Source of the DNA: Nitrospirales bacterium
GTDB lineage: Bacteria; Nitrospirota; Nitrospiria; Nitrospirales; UBA8639
DNA: 64,000 bases
Reading direction: 5' to 3'
Assembly (NCBI GenBank): GCA_965203295.1
Contig: CBDBCZ010000019.1
Span: 2,272,001-2,336,000, forward strand
The notes beneath the pieces were generated by a model, which did not search any database, was not told where the DNA came from, and was given only the letters and a program-made list of their open reading frames with translations. This document shows positions 1 to 8,741 of the stretch, piece after piece. How positions within the stretch are numbered: the stretch's first letter is position 1; each line of letters starts with the position of its first letter. A program made the position numbers and the translations under genes.

Positions 1-1050
1 GCTCAACGCTTTGTGTTAGAGCGCTTCAATCCTCAAGAAGCGATGCGCCGGTACCATGCCACGTCTTCAGAGTCAAAAGAGACCAGGCAGTGCTGTCTTC
101 CTTGTGGTGTCCCCTTTATCAACCGCGAAGGCCGCGTCTTCCCCTGTTGTTTATCATCGACAGATAGCACCGCCATCATGGGTGATCTAAACCATGAACA
201 TTGGGATAGCATTTGGAATGGAAGGCGGTACCGCGATTTTCGCAAGCGTATTTTGGACGGGAATACCACCCCTTCGATCTGCCAACGCTGTAACCTGGCA
301 CCTCGCGGTAAGCACCCTCTGCTCCTTGAGCAGAACGAGCAGGTTGCGCTCTATGACAACATGCCCTCGATCATTCAGAAACTCCTCAAGCGAATACAAG
401 GAATTCCATCTGACAATATGGCACCACGCCGGTTCTTTACAGCCTATTACAACAAGAATCTCTGGCACGGGTTAGAATCGAAAAGCGGGCCGGGATCAGA
501 AGGTTTCTTTGCACAACAGAAAGTCCAATTTCTTAAGGAGATTGTACAAGCCTATCATGTCGTCTCCCTGCTCGATCTCGGTTGTAGGGATTTCTACTGG
601 ATGAAGGAAATCGCGTATGGCATGAAACGCTATCATGGCATTGATGTCGTCAAGCCCTTAATTGATTCAAATATCAAACAATTTGCCTCTCAAGCTGTGA
701 CGTTTCAATGTCTGGATATCACCACAGAACAGGAGCAGAAGAAACTAAGAGACCAGCCTTATGACCTTGTGGTGTGTTTCGATGTGTTCGGGAATCTCCT
801 GAATGATGAAATAGACAGGTTCCTCTCGTTTCTCTTTCATGAAATTGATGCAAGATACCTTCTTATCATGAATCGAAGAGATGGGCAAAGCGAGCTCTAC
901 TTGCATCGTCCCAAGACGCGTGAGAAAAGGATAAACGTTCAGGCATACAGAATCTTTCAGGACTATCGTTTAATTCCCGTGTGGCAAAGAGAAGCATTAT
1001 TTCCTGGAGATTATTTCGAGCTTTATAAGATGCCGAGCAAAGAAGCGTAA
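1..1050 (+). CDS. Radical SAM/SPASM-domain protein fused to a class I SAM-dependent methyltransferase (5' partial)
   Basis: Frame open from base 1. SPASM-like CCLPC..G.VFPCC..MGDL..W..IWNG..Y..FR..C..C, then SGPGS and LLDLGC(R)D methyltransferase motif I. Confidence 0.75.
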   Translation, partial: AQRFVLERFNPQEAMRRYHATSSESKETRQCCLPCGVPFINREGRVFPCCLSSTDSTAIMGDLNHEHWDSIWNGRRYRDFRKRILDGNTTPSICQRCNLAPRGKHPLLLEQNEQVALYDNMPSIIQKLLKRIQGIPSDNMAPRRFFTAYYNKNLWHGLESKSGPGSEGFFAQQKVQFLKEIVQAYHVVSLLDLGCRDFYWMKEIAYGMKRYHGIDVVKPLIDSNIKQFASQAVTFQCLDITTEQEQKKLRDQPYDLVVCFDVFGNLLNDEIDRFLSFLFHEIDARYLLIMNRRDGQSELYLHRPKTREKRINVQAYRIFQDYRLIPVWQREALFPGDYFELYKMPSKEA

Positions 1051-1463
1051 TGCTATAGAGTTCCTCATAACGAACGTTTACTGCACAATTGGCGTAACAC
1101 AGCGCTGTGCCTGGCCGCTCTATTCTGCTACGCGACATTGCGGCAAGTGAGCTTGGTCGTTAGGCATGATGTCCGACGAAATGACAACAGACAACCAAAG
1201 GCCTGAATCCGGCAGATAGTGAAACGGCACAAGGCAATCCTGGAACAAGAGACTTTAAAGATTTCAGAGAATTTCAATTGAAGTGGACTACTGAGGGGAA
1301 AGATGCATACATGGCTCGGCGTCGAGTGCCTTAAAGTGGCTTCTGGCCGTCGGGAAAGTACCTTCCGACCCCGCACGGCAATTAGGAACTTCACAGGCGG
1401 CCTAACTGCTGGAGGCAGGTCACCATGTCCAAAAGAATAAGGTGCCGAGGATTACTGCAAGTG

Positions 1464-1900
1464 ATGAACAACGTCTATCTCACGAGGCTTGTGAGCGTCA
1501 CCTTTGTACTGATGGTGTGGAGTGCTTCCCATGCCCAAGCGAAGAGGTACCCACAACCCCTAGTACTGTCGTTCGTCAATGGCTCCATTCCTATCCGCAC
1601 GATCTTGCCCAAGCGGTGACCTTCACTAGTCCAGGCTTCCGAGAAAACTTGCCTCCATCCGACTGGATCACCCAAATGGAATCCCTTGTTGACGCTCTTC
1701 GTTTGAAGTATCTAGATAGCCAAATTCTGGGAGATGAAGTAAACGGAAATCGTGAACTGATCGATGTGGAAGTTTGGATTTCCACCGTCATTGGCGAGCA
1801 GATTCAACGTGAACAATATGAATTACGTCGTTACTGTTTGGTATGGTTACTGGAAAAAGTCAATGTCCGAGAGGAACGGTTTTTGGAACAGACAATGTAA
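1464..1900 (+). pseudogene. Secreted hypothetical protein (possibly NTF2-like), frameshifted near 1540
   Basis: Signal peptide MNNVYLTRLVSVTFVLMVWSASHA from ATG 1464 is in a different frame from the body (EEVPTTPSTVVRQWL... to 1900). Confidence 0.5.
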
Positions 1901-2204
1901 CTTGGGCATTCTTGCAAGGTGGAAAACCCATCGTCTATGCTCCCCCTCGCCCCAATATTGGTTCATTAGCATAGCCGTTGCATCTTGTCACAGATGACCT
2001 TCTCTTACTGGAAAACACCCCAAGACACATAATAGCTAGACGACGGGTTCTCTAAAGCGGCCCCCCGCCTGCCGACAAGTACCCCCCCTCTCAATTTTTA
2101 TCGATATCCCAGGTGTTAGAAATACAGATCAACGAGAAGGAATTGAGGTGAAAAGAGGCAAAGAGAAGCAAACTTGAAAATTGATTTTATGCAGTAAAGA
2201 CGAA

Positions 2205-2240
2205 GGGATTGCTCGTCTTATCAACGACTTGAGCAATCCC
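2205..2240 (-). terminator. Hairpin beside the tRNA fragment, IHF-like site in the loop
   Basis: gggattgctc / gagcaatccc inverted repeat; tatcaacgacttg at 2219-2231 fits WATCAANNNNTTR. Confidence 0.5.
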
Positions 2241-2249
2241 CTCTAGATG

Positions 2250-2289
2250 GATCCGTAGTCAAGTGCTCTATCCATTGAGCTAGGGGCGC
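2250..2289 (-). pseudogene. 5' half of tRNA-Arg(ACG), probable att-site scar
   Basis: Minus strand GCGCCCC TA GCTC AATGGATA GAGC A CTTGA CTACGGA TC, then non-tRNA sequence; no T-arm or 3' acceptor strand. Confidence 0.8.
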
Positions 2290-2408
2290 CTGGCGTGATT
2301 TATCGATGAGTTATCGGCGTTCCTGGATATCCAACTGACATCACCCAACATGGAAAGCTGTGTCAATCAATTCCAAGGACCGTCTCGTCATGAAAAACAC
2401 ATGGAGTG

Positions 2409-2450
2409 AATGTAACTCGAAACCTATCAAATGTAACTCGAAACCTATCA
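2409..2450. repeat. Perfect 21-bp tandem duplication
   Basis: aatgtaactcgaaacctatca x2. Confidence 0.95.
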
Positions 2451-2602
2451 ATTATTGCGAGGGAAATACCAGTGAAAAGTTTCCCGTCACATAATTGCTC
2501 TATCCGTTGCTTGTCGGATTCTCAATCTTTGCCACAGATATTTTCGACCGAGACCGGTTTCAAGAATTGCTTCTGCTACACCATGGTGATGGATGAGAAG
2601 AT

Positions 2603-3970
2603 TCACGCTCCATTGAGCAAAACGCATGTTGACTCGAATACCTTCTGGCGAGGAAGAGGGGTTCCATACAGCGTGGATGGAGAGGCATCATAGACCTCTA
2701 GCGAGATGAGATCTCCAGGACTCACAGGCATGCGGGCTTTTTCCCACACAGCCGTCACGTTGCTTTCGGTGTGCCCCATCCATTGAGCAGAGCTTTTTTT
2801 CGCCTCTCCTTCAACCAATATTTCGACAGCCTGACCAGCAAGGGCTCTGTTTTTTTCTGCGGACAGGCTTCTTTGAAGTTCGACAAGTTTTGTCACCCTG
2901 TTGGATTTGACGAGGTCTGAGACATCATCGGGGTATTTCCGACTGGCTATGGTATTTTTTCGTTCGGAGTATTTGAAGATAAAGGCAGAATGAAATCCCA
3001 TGTCTTCAATCAATCGGTACGTCTTCATAAAATCTTCGTCCGTTTCTGTGCAAAATCCACAAATGATATCTGTACTCAGCGCAATATCCCCTCGACGCCG
3101 AATTTCCTGGACCAGGTTTATATAGTCTTTTCGGGTATAACTTCGCCCCATCAACTCCAGGATTCTGTCACTTCCTGACTGAACAGGCAGATGAATCTGA
3201 CTGCAAATATGAGGGTGCCCAGACACCGCATCCAACAGAGCAGGAGGAAAATCTTTGGGATGCGGAGAGGTAAATCGTACTCGTTCAATTCCCGGGATAT
3301 CGGCAACGGCTGTCAGTAATCTGGCGAAATCCCAGCCATCATATTCATAGGAGTTCACGTTCTGTCCCAACAGGGTAATCTGCTTATACCCCTGGCCAGC
3401 CAGACCCCGGGCTTCCTCCAGAACACCTCTGGGGTCACGGGAACGCTCTCGTCCACGAGTGTAAGGAACTACGCAGAAGGTGCAAAAATTATCACACCCA
3501 CGCATGACCGCTATCCACGCATTCACCCCGGGGTTTCGATCTGGCAGGATTTGGGCATAGGTTTCATACTCAGATAACTCGACGGCCGTTCCTCTTCCCT
3601 GGTTTTCGATCGCCCGGGTGAGCAGTTCGGGCAAACGTCGATACCCATCAGGACCGACCAGCACATCGATCAAAGGTTGAGTCTCGAATAGTTCATCTTT
3701 GAGATTTTGGGCCATACATCCCAGCACTCCGATCACCAAGCCCCTCTGACGCTTCAGGACTTTGTAATCCTCAAGATGTCCATACACACGTTTGTGGGCG
3801 TTCTCACGAATCGCACAGGTATTCATGAGCACAGCATCGGCCTGCTCATAATTCGGAGTAAACGAAAACCCTCTCGTCTTGAGCAACGAGCGTACCAGTT
3901 CCGTGTCATATTCATTCATCTGACATCCGAAGGTTTCAATATAGACTTGATAGGACATCTGATTTTCCAA
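2603..3970 (-). CDS. miaB: tRNA i6A37 methylthiotransferase MiaB
   Basis: TFGCQMN, NTCAIRE, CDNFCTFC radical SAM motif, C-terminal TRAM domain. Confidence 0.95.
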   Translation of the reverse strand: MENQMSYQVYIETFGCQMNEYDTELVRSLLKTRGFSFTPNYEQADAVLMNTCAIRENAHKRVYGHLEDYKVLKRQRGLVIGVLGCMAQNLKDELFETQPLIDVLVGPDGYRRLPELLTRAIENQGRGTAVELSEYETYAQILPDRNPGVNAWIAVMRGCDNFCTFCVVPYTRGRERSRDPRGVLEEARGLAGQGYKQITLLGQNVNSYEYDGWDFARLLTAVADIPGIERVRFTSPHPKDFPPALLDAVSGHPHICSQIHLPVQSGSDRILELMGRSYTRKDYINLVQEIRRRGDIALSTDIICGFCTETDEDFMKTYRLIEDMGFHSAFIFKYSERKNTIASRKYPDDVSDLVKSNRVTKLVELQRSLSAEKNRALAGQAVEILVEGEAKKSSAQWMGHTESNVTAVWEKARMPVSPGDLISLEVYDASPSTLYGTPLPRQKVFESTCVLLNGA

Positions 3971-3973
3971 AAA

Positions 3974-5445
3974 TTATTCGGCCGACAAAAACATGGGTAA
4001 CACTTTGTTTCTGTGCCCTTCAGGCGCGGAAGAGGACTCCCAAGCAGGAACAACTCGGGGATCCTGCACCAAACCAGATGGCTCATAATGGGTTGCGCCT
4101 AAAGCCAACCCGTCCATGATCACGCTAATCACCACATCATGAATCTGGTTTGTCAACACCTGTCTGCTGGGAATCCCGACTCTTATATAATTGTTCGTGA
4201 GACCAGTCCATAAGCCTTTGTCATTCTGAGACTCAAAAGCACTGAGACCTCGGCTCCGACAAAGCGTTGATAAAACGACAACCGCTTTATCCAGGATAAA
4301 TCGCCCAACTGGCGCGTTCGAGATTTGATTGTGCCAGAATCAACGGGGTTGTTCATTCGGAAAGCCGCCGTTCCAGGTCTGGGTGAATAGCTAAACACAT
4401 GGAAATAGGCAAAGGGAAGATCAGACACCACAGCCTTCGTGTTTGCAAACTGTTCGTCACTCTCACTTGGAAATCCCGCAAGGAGGTCAGTTCCCACACA
4501 AAGATCAGGCACTCGCCGAACCACCCGCTCTATCCACTCGACATATTCCTTGACCGTATACCGTCGGTTCATGGCCCCGAGTATGGTATCATCCCCACTT
4601 TGAAGAGGGACATGCAAATACCGACACAGCTTTTGTGAGATCGCCATATAATCAATGAGCTCATCAGGAATGGTCGTAGGTTCAATCGAAGAAATTCTGA
4701 CCCGTTTGAGAGCGGGGATCGCTTCCAACCGTTCAAGGAGGTCAACGAGGGTTTTCCCATTCTCCTGAAACTGTCCAATATTGACCCCCGTCAAGACCAG
4801 CTCCTGGTGGCCTTTGTGAACCAGCGCCTCAGCCTCCCGTATCGTATCGTCGAAACGACGGCTACGTTCACGACCCTGTGCAAACGGAATCAAGCAAAAG
4901 GCACACATAAAATTGCATCCGTCCTGAATCTTGAGATTAGCCCGGGTGTGCGCATAGTCACCCACTCCGTCAATGCTAAAGGTCTCCACCATATGCTGAC
5001 TCGTTCGAAAAACCTCAGACGCCGGCTTTTTCGGCGGAAGAGTGTGCAAATACTCGGGAAGGTTCATTTTACTTTGATTGCCCATCACCAAATCGACACC
5101 AGGAATCGCAGCTAAGGTTTGGGTTCCGGTTTGGGCATAACACCCCGTCACGGCAATGAACGCCTGCGGCGATTCTTTAAGGGTTCGTCTGACAACACGC
5201 CGACAGTCCGCTTCCGCACCTTCCGTCACTGAACAGGTATTCAAAACCAACAGGTCAGTCGGTCGGCCAAAATCCACTGGCACATACCCGATCGCCTTAA
5301 ATCGGTCCACCAAAATCGCAGTTTCAGCCTGATTGAGGCGGCACCCGACGGTGTGAAATGAAACCTGTGGAGGAGATGTCGTTTGGTCAAAGATCATAAA
5401 GAGTGGCATTATAATGAAGCCCTTAGATGACAACAAGTGAGCCAC
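3974..5445 (-). CDS. mtaB: tRNA t6A37 methylthiotransferase MtaB, frameshifted near the C-terminus
   Basis: GCRLNQAE, NTCSVT, KIQDGCNFMCAFC. One more base in the A4 run at 4235-4238 restores VLFESQ..WTGLTNNYIRV continuing to 3974. Confidence 0.85.
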
Positions 5446-5555
5446 TTTCTCCTATTCGTTGGGTGAAGAAAAAAATTGCCGACATCTCAGGGATGGAGTA
5501 CAATAAACAAGTTAACCACCTGGCCTTTTCACAATAGGGGGCTCCCATTATCTCA

Positions 5556-5984
5556 ATGAGGAGGAAACTCATGAGCGGGTGGAAAATATCTTCTTTCCTC
5601 TTATTTCTTGTGTTTTCATTCCTATTAGTAGGCCCCCCTCTGACTTCGTCCCAACCTCAACTTCCACTCGAACCGGATGAAGAGACCAGACTGGAAGAAA
5701 TCTATGATCATGAAGCAAGCATGTTATTGTTCCTCTACTCTTTGGAAGGGAATGACACGTTCGATTATGTCGTTGGGCGAAAGGTCACGGACTACCAGCG
5801 AAGTTACTATGGCAATCCTGTTTATTACCTGGAACCCTACCCCCTTTTTTATTGGTGGAACCACACCATGTGGAATGATCCGGAGCAAGATGGCGTGAAT
5901 GGGAATGAACTTGTGTACCAAGAGGATGTCAATTTTGACCCAAGCCGTCACAAACCTTGCTTGTTCAACGGTCAACCTTGTTAG
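5556..5984 (+). CDS. Hypothetical exported protein
   Basis: N-terminal hydrophobic signal, aromatic-rich 142-aa ORF. Confidence 0.7.
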   Translation: MRRKLMSGWKISSFLLFLVFSFLLVGPPLTSSQPQLPLEPDEETRLEEIYDHEASMLLFLYSLEGNDTFDYVVGRKVTDYQRSYYGNPVYYLEPYPLFYWWNHTMWNDPEQDGVNGNELVYQEDVNFDPSRHKPCLFNGQPC

Positions 5985-6443
5985 CTGCTACGATTAGAAC
6001 GTTTTTGAGCCCAGCATTCGTCTACGTCGTCACACCTCTCTCTTTTTCAATCCGGGGTTTCTGTCCCTTCCATTTTTCAAAAAAGAACTGCATGATTATC
6101 GTATGAAGCACCCACCCCTCTCTGCGAAATCAGATAACGCCAATTTCACCAAAGAACGATTGCATTCGCACGATCCCTAAATTCTACTGTGCTGGTATCA
6201 AACGACCTCGCCGCATCAAGCGATCAAACCAATTCACGCGTATTTTGGAACCCGACCGAGGGAATGGCTAGCAACGTCTAAGTGGGTGGAACCAATAAAT
6301 CCTCATACCATCACGTTCCTTGTCTTCCAGTACCTGACCATCGTGAGTGTCTCTCAGCACGGCTTGACGTACGGACTAATTTCTCTGACAAGGAAACCGA
6401 AGGCCACGCCGTGAGACCAAACCGAGATTGATCACTGAATGAC

Positions 6444-7838
6444 ATGACACCCTCAGAACGCATTGCCCGCGTTGGGAAGACCGCCTTGACCCGATTGTTT
6501 TCCTTCCAGCTCCTACCGGGCCAAACCGTGGTCATAGCGGCTGGAATTTTGATCCTCATCGGAACAGGCTTGTTGCTCCTTCCTCTGTCCACTCCTCCTC
6601 ATGTTCAGTTGGGACTTCTCGATGCTTTGTTCACCGCAACATCCGCGGTGTGTGTTACAGGACTCATTGTCATGGATACCCCCAATGAGTTTACGACGTT
6701 CGGGCAACTGGTCATTCTGTTTCTTATTCAAGTCGGAGGTCTGGGCTATGCTCTGATGACGACCCTGATCCTGTTATTCTTGGGCCAACGCATCAGTCTG
6801 AAGAGCCGGATGATGCTCGCAGAAACCCTGAGCACGCCGGACATGGAAGGGACGGTCCGATTCGTGAAAATCGTCGCGATGATTACTCTCATTTTTGAAG
6901 GTCTCGGCACCATTCTTCTAATATTGCGTTTTTCTCAAGACATGGAGCTGGAACAAGCCTTTTACTACGGCCTGTTTCACGCCATATCCGCCTTTAACAA
7001 TGCCGGCTTTTCTCTTTTTTCTGACAGCCTCATTTCTTTCCAATTAGATGTGGCTGTCAACCTTGTGGTCACGGCACTCATTATTCTCGGCAGCATCGGG
7101 TTTTTGGTCTTTCGAGATCTACTTGATAATCTCAAAGGGAAACGGTTCCGACTACAGATTCATACCAATTTAGTGCTGATCACTACGGTCGGCCTCATTT
7201 TGGTTGGCACCTTCGGCATTGCCATTCTCGAATGGAATAACGAGCAGACGTTTCAGCATTTGAGTCTGGGGGAGCGACTGGCGGTGGCCCATTTTCATAC
7301 GGTTTCCCGCACAGCGGGATTTACCACCATTGACATTAGTCAGATGCAGGATGCCACATTGTATTTCCTGATATTGTTGATGGCAATTGGAGGATCTCCG
7401 AGTAGTATGTCGGGAGGAGTGAAAACAACGACGTTCGCGATAGTCTTTTTGACCCTGTGGGCTATATTACGACGGCAGCCGGACGTGGAAGTGTTTCATC
7501 GACGCATACCCAGAGATTTGATCGTCCGAGCATTCTGTCTTTGCATGTTAGCCTTCGCACTCATCACCTTTTTTACCTTAATTCTTGCTTTTACCGAGGA
7601 ACGCCCTTTCCTGAGCATCATGTTTGAAGTGACGTCAGCGATGGGAATCGTTGGGATGTCCTTGGGAGATGGAGCGAATCGGAGTCTTTCGGCCCTTTTG
7701 ACGAACTTTGGCAAAATCGTCATTATTATTTCGATGTTATTGGGCCGTTTCGGACCGCTGATGATTGGGCTGTTTGCTGTGCAAACCGCTTTTCAAAAGC
7801 GGTATCGTCTTCCGGAGTCTCGCGTAATCATTGGCTAG
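6444..7838 (+). CDS. trkH: TrkH/KtrB family potassium uptake membrane protein
   Basis: ATSAVCVTGL, SAFNNAGF, RTAGF pore loops; GRFGPL. Confidence 0.92.
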   Translation: MTPSERIARVGKTALTRLFSFQLLPGQTVVIAAGILILIGTGLLLLPLSTPPHVQLGLLDALFTATSAVCVTGLIVMDTPNEFTTFGQLVILFLIQVGGLGYALMTTLILLFLGQRISLKSRMMLAETLSTPDMEGTVRFVKIVAMITLIFEGLGTILLILRFSQDMELEQAFYYGLFHAISAFNNAGFSLFSDSLISFQLDVAVNLVVTALIILGSIGFLVFRDLLDNLKGKRFRLQIHTNLVLITTVGLILVGTFGIAILEWNNEQTFQHLSLGERLAVAHFHTVSRTAGFTTIDISQMQDATLYFLILLMAIGGSPSSMSGGVKTTTFAIVFLTLWAILRRQPDVEVFHRRIPRDLIVRAFCLCMLAFALITFFTLILAFTEERPFLSIMFEVTSAMGIVGMSLGDGANRSLSALLTNFGKIVIIISMLLGRFGPLMIGLFAVQTAFQKRYRLPESRVIIG

Positions 7839-7848
7839 ACCCCACGCC

Positions 7849-8139
7849 CTACCGAACCCTTCGTTGAAGGACCAAAACAAACGCCACGAGAGTCGGCAGG
7901 GGCGCAATCACAAAAGGAGCTAACCAATACCAGACATTTTTCCCCCGCACCTGAGCCTGATCAAACATCCACATGAATACCCACACCACCAATAAGAAAT
8001 AATTGAGTACTAACCAATGAGTCGTCCTGGGGTACAGAACACTCGCTCCCTGCCCAGAAGCCGTGAGCCAGAACAGGATTTCCAACACCACGAACACACT
8101 TAATAGACCGATGACAATTCGTTTACTCCAGACAAACAT
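7849..8139 (-). CDS. Small membrane protein
   Basis: About three TM segments, strong aggaggt RBS. Confidence 0.7.
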   Translation of the reverse strand: MFVWSKRIVIGLLSVFVVLEILFWLTASGQGASVLYPRTTHWLVLNYFLLVVWVFMWMFDQAQVRGKNVWYWLAPFVIAPLPTLVAFVLVLQRRVR

Positions 8140-8218
8140 GCTTACCTCCTTCAGAATCTGATGAGAATAGAATCTGCAAAAACTTTCCTTTGTTCTTTCA
8201 GATAGTGTCTAGTAAGGG

Positions 8219-8254
8219 AGTTTCAAGTTTAAAGTTTCGAGTTTAAAGTGTAAA
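8219..8254. repeat. Degenerate heptamer (AGTTTNN) tandem tract
   Basis: agtttca agtttaa agtttcg agtttaa agtgtaa; related tracts at 21686-21701, 41938-41962, 45903-45938, 52383-52508. Confidence 0.75.
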
Positions 8255-8268
8255 AAATTTGGAAATCT

Positions 8269-8460
8269 AGAGGGGTGTGGCTCGTGGATCCCTACCCTTT
8301 CATCCCTGCAATTTTTTTTAGCGGGGATCCATCTTTCTTGATCCTCCTGGATGCACACTGACGACTGCGGGCATGACAATTCAAGGAACTGAGTCGTAGC
8401 AGGAACTCCGAACTTCATCTGACATAACGGTATTCATCACGTGAGATTCAAGTTTTTACA
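8269..8460 (+). repeat. Family B REP-like element, copy 1
   Basis: agaggggtgtggctcgtggatc...tttttagcggggatccatctttc...cctggatgc..ctgacgactg...attcaagtttt shared with 38619-38788. Confidence 0.85.
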
Positions 8461-8473
8461 CATCAAACTTGCC

Positions 8474-8482
8474 TGTGGATAA
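8474..8482 (-). promoter_or_regulatory. DnaA box upstream of nrdJ
   Basis: tgtggataa is the reverse complement of TTATCCACA; one-mismatch box tcatccaca at 8528-8536. Confidence 0.6.
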
Positions 8483-8571
8483 GCCATCAAAAAAAACCTG
8501 AAATTCCTTTCAATTCAATACATTATTTCATCCACAATTTATTCCGCTTAATTCCCACAACTCACAAGGCG

Positions 8572-8619
8572 CCACAATATTTTGTATTGACAATTTATTG
8601 AAGCCGCTATAAATTGTGC
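8572..8619 (+). promoter_or_regulatory. Tandem NrdR boxes overlapping the sigma70 promoter of nrdJ
   Basis: ccacaatattttgtat (8572) and ccgctataaattgtgc (8604), 32 bp apart; TTGACA 8587-8592, 17 bp spacer, TAAATT. Confidence 0.7.
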
Positions 8620-8741
8620 TCCTTCGAAGTTTATCCAACCTCATTCTTTTTAGATAGCCTCATGAACGAAGACAAGAAAGTTCGGTTGGTTGAACCATTC
8701 TCTAGCCCCCTCCCTGGGTCAATCGGAAAAGGAGCAACATC

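Noticed and set aside
2000..2250. Group I intron in tRNA-Arg
   Set aside because: No 3' exon or intron core motifs found, and the break is in the stem rather than the usual loop position
2409..2450. CRISPR or iteron array
   Set aside because: Only two abutting units, no spacers, no cas or rep genes
6250..6440. c-di-AMP or glycine riboswitch upstream of trkH
   Set aside because: Only isolated sub-motifs; the consensus order could not be matched
8474..8540. Replication origin
   Set aside because: Only one perfect DnaA box and no dnaA/dnaN context; better explained as nrdJ regulation
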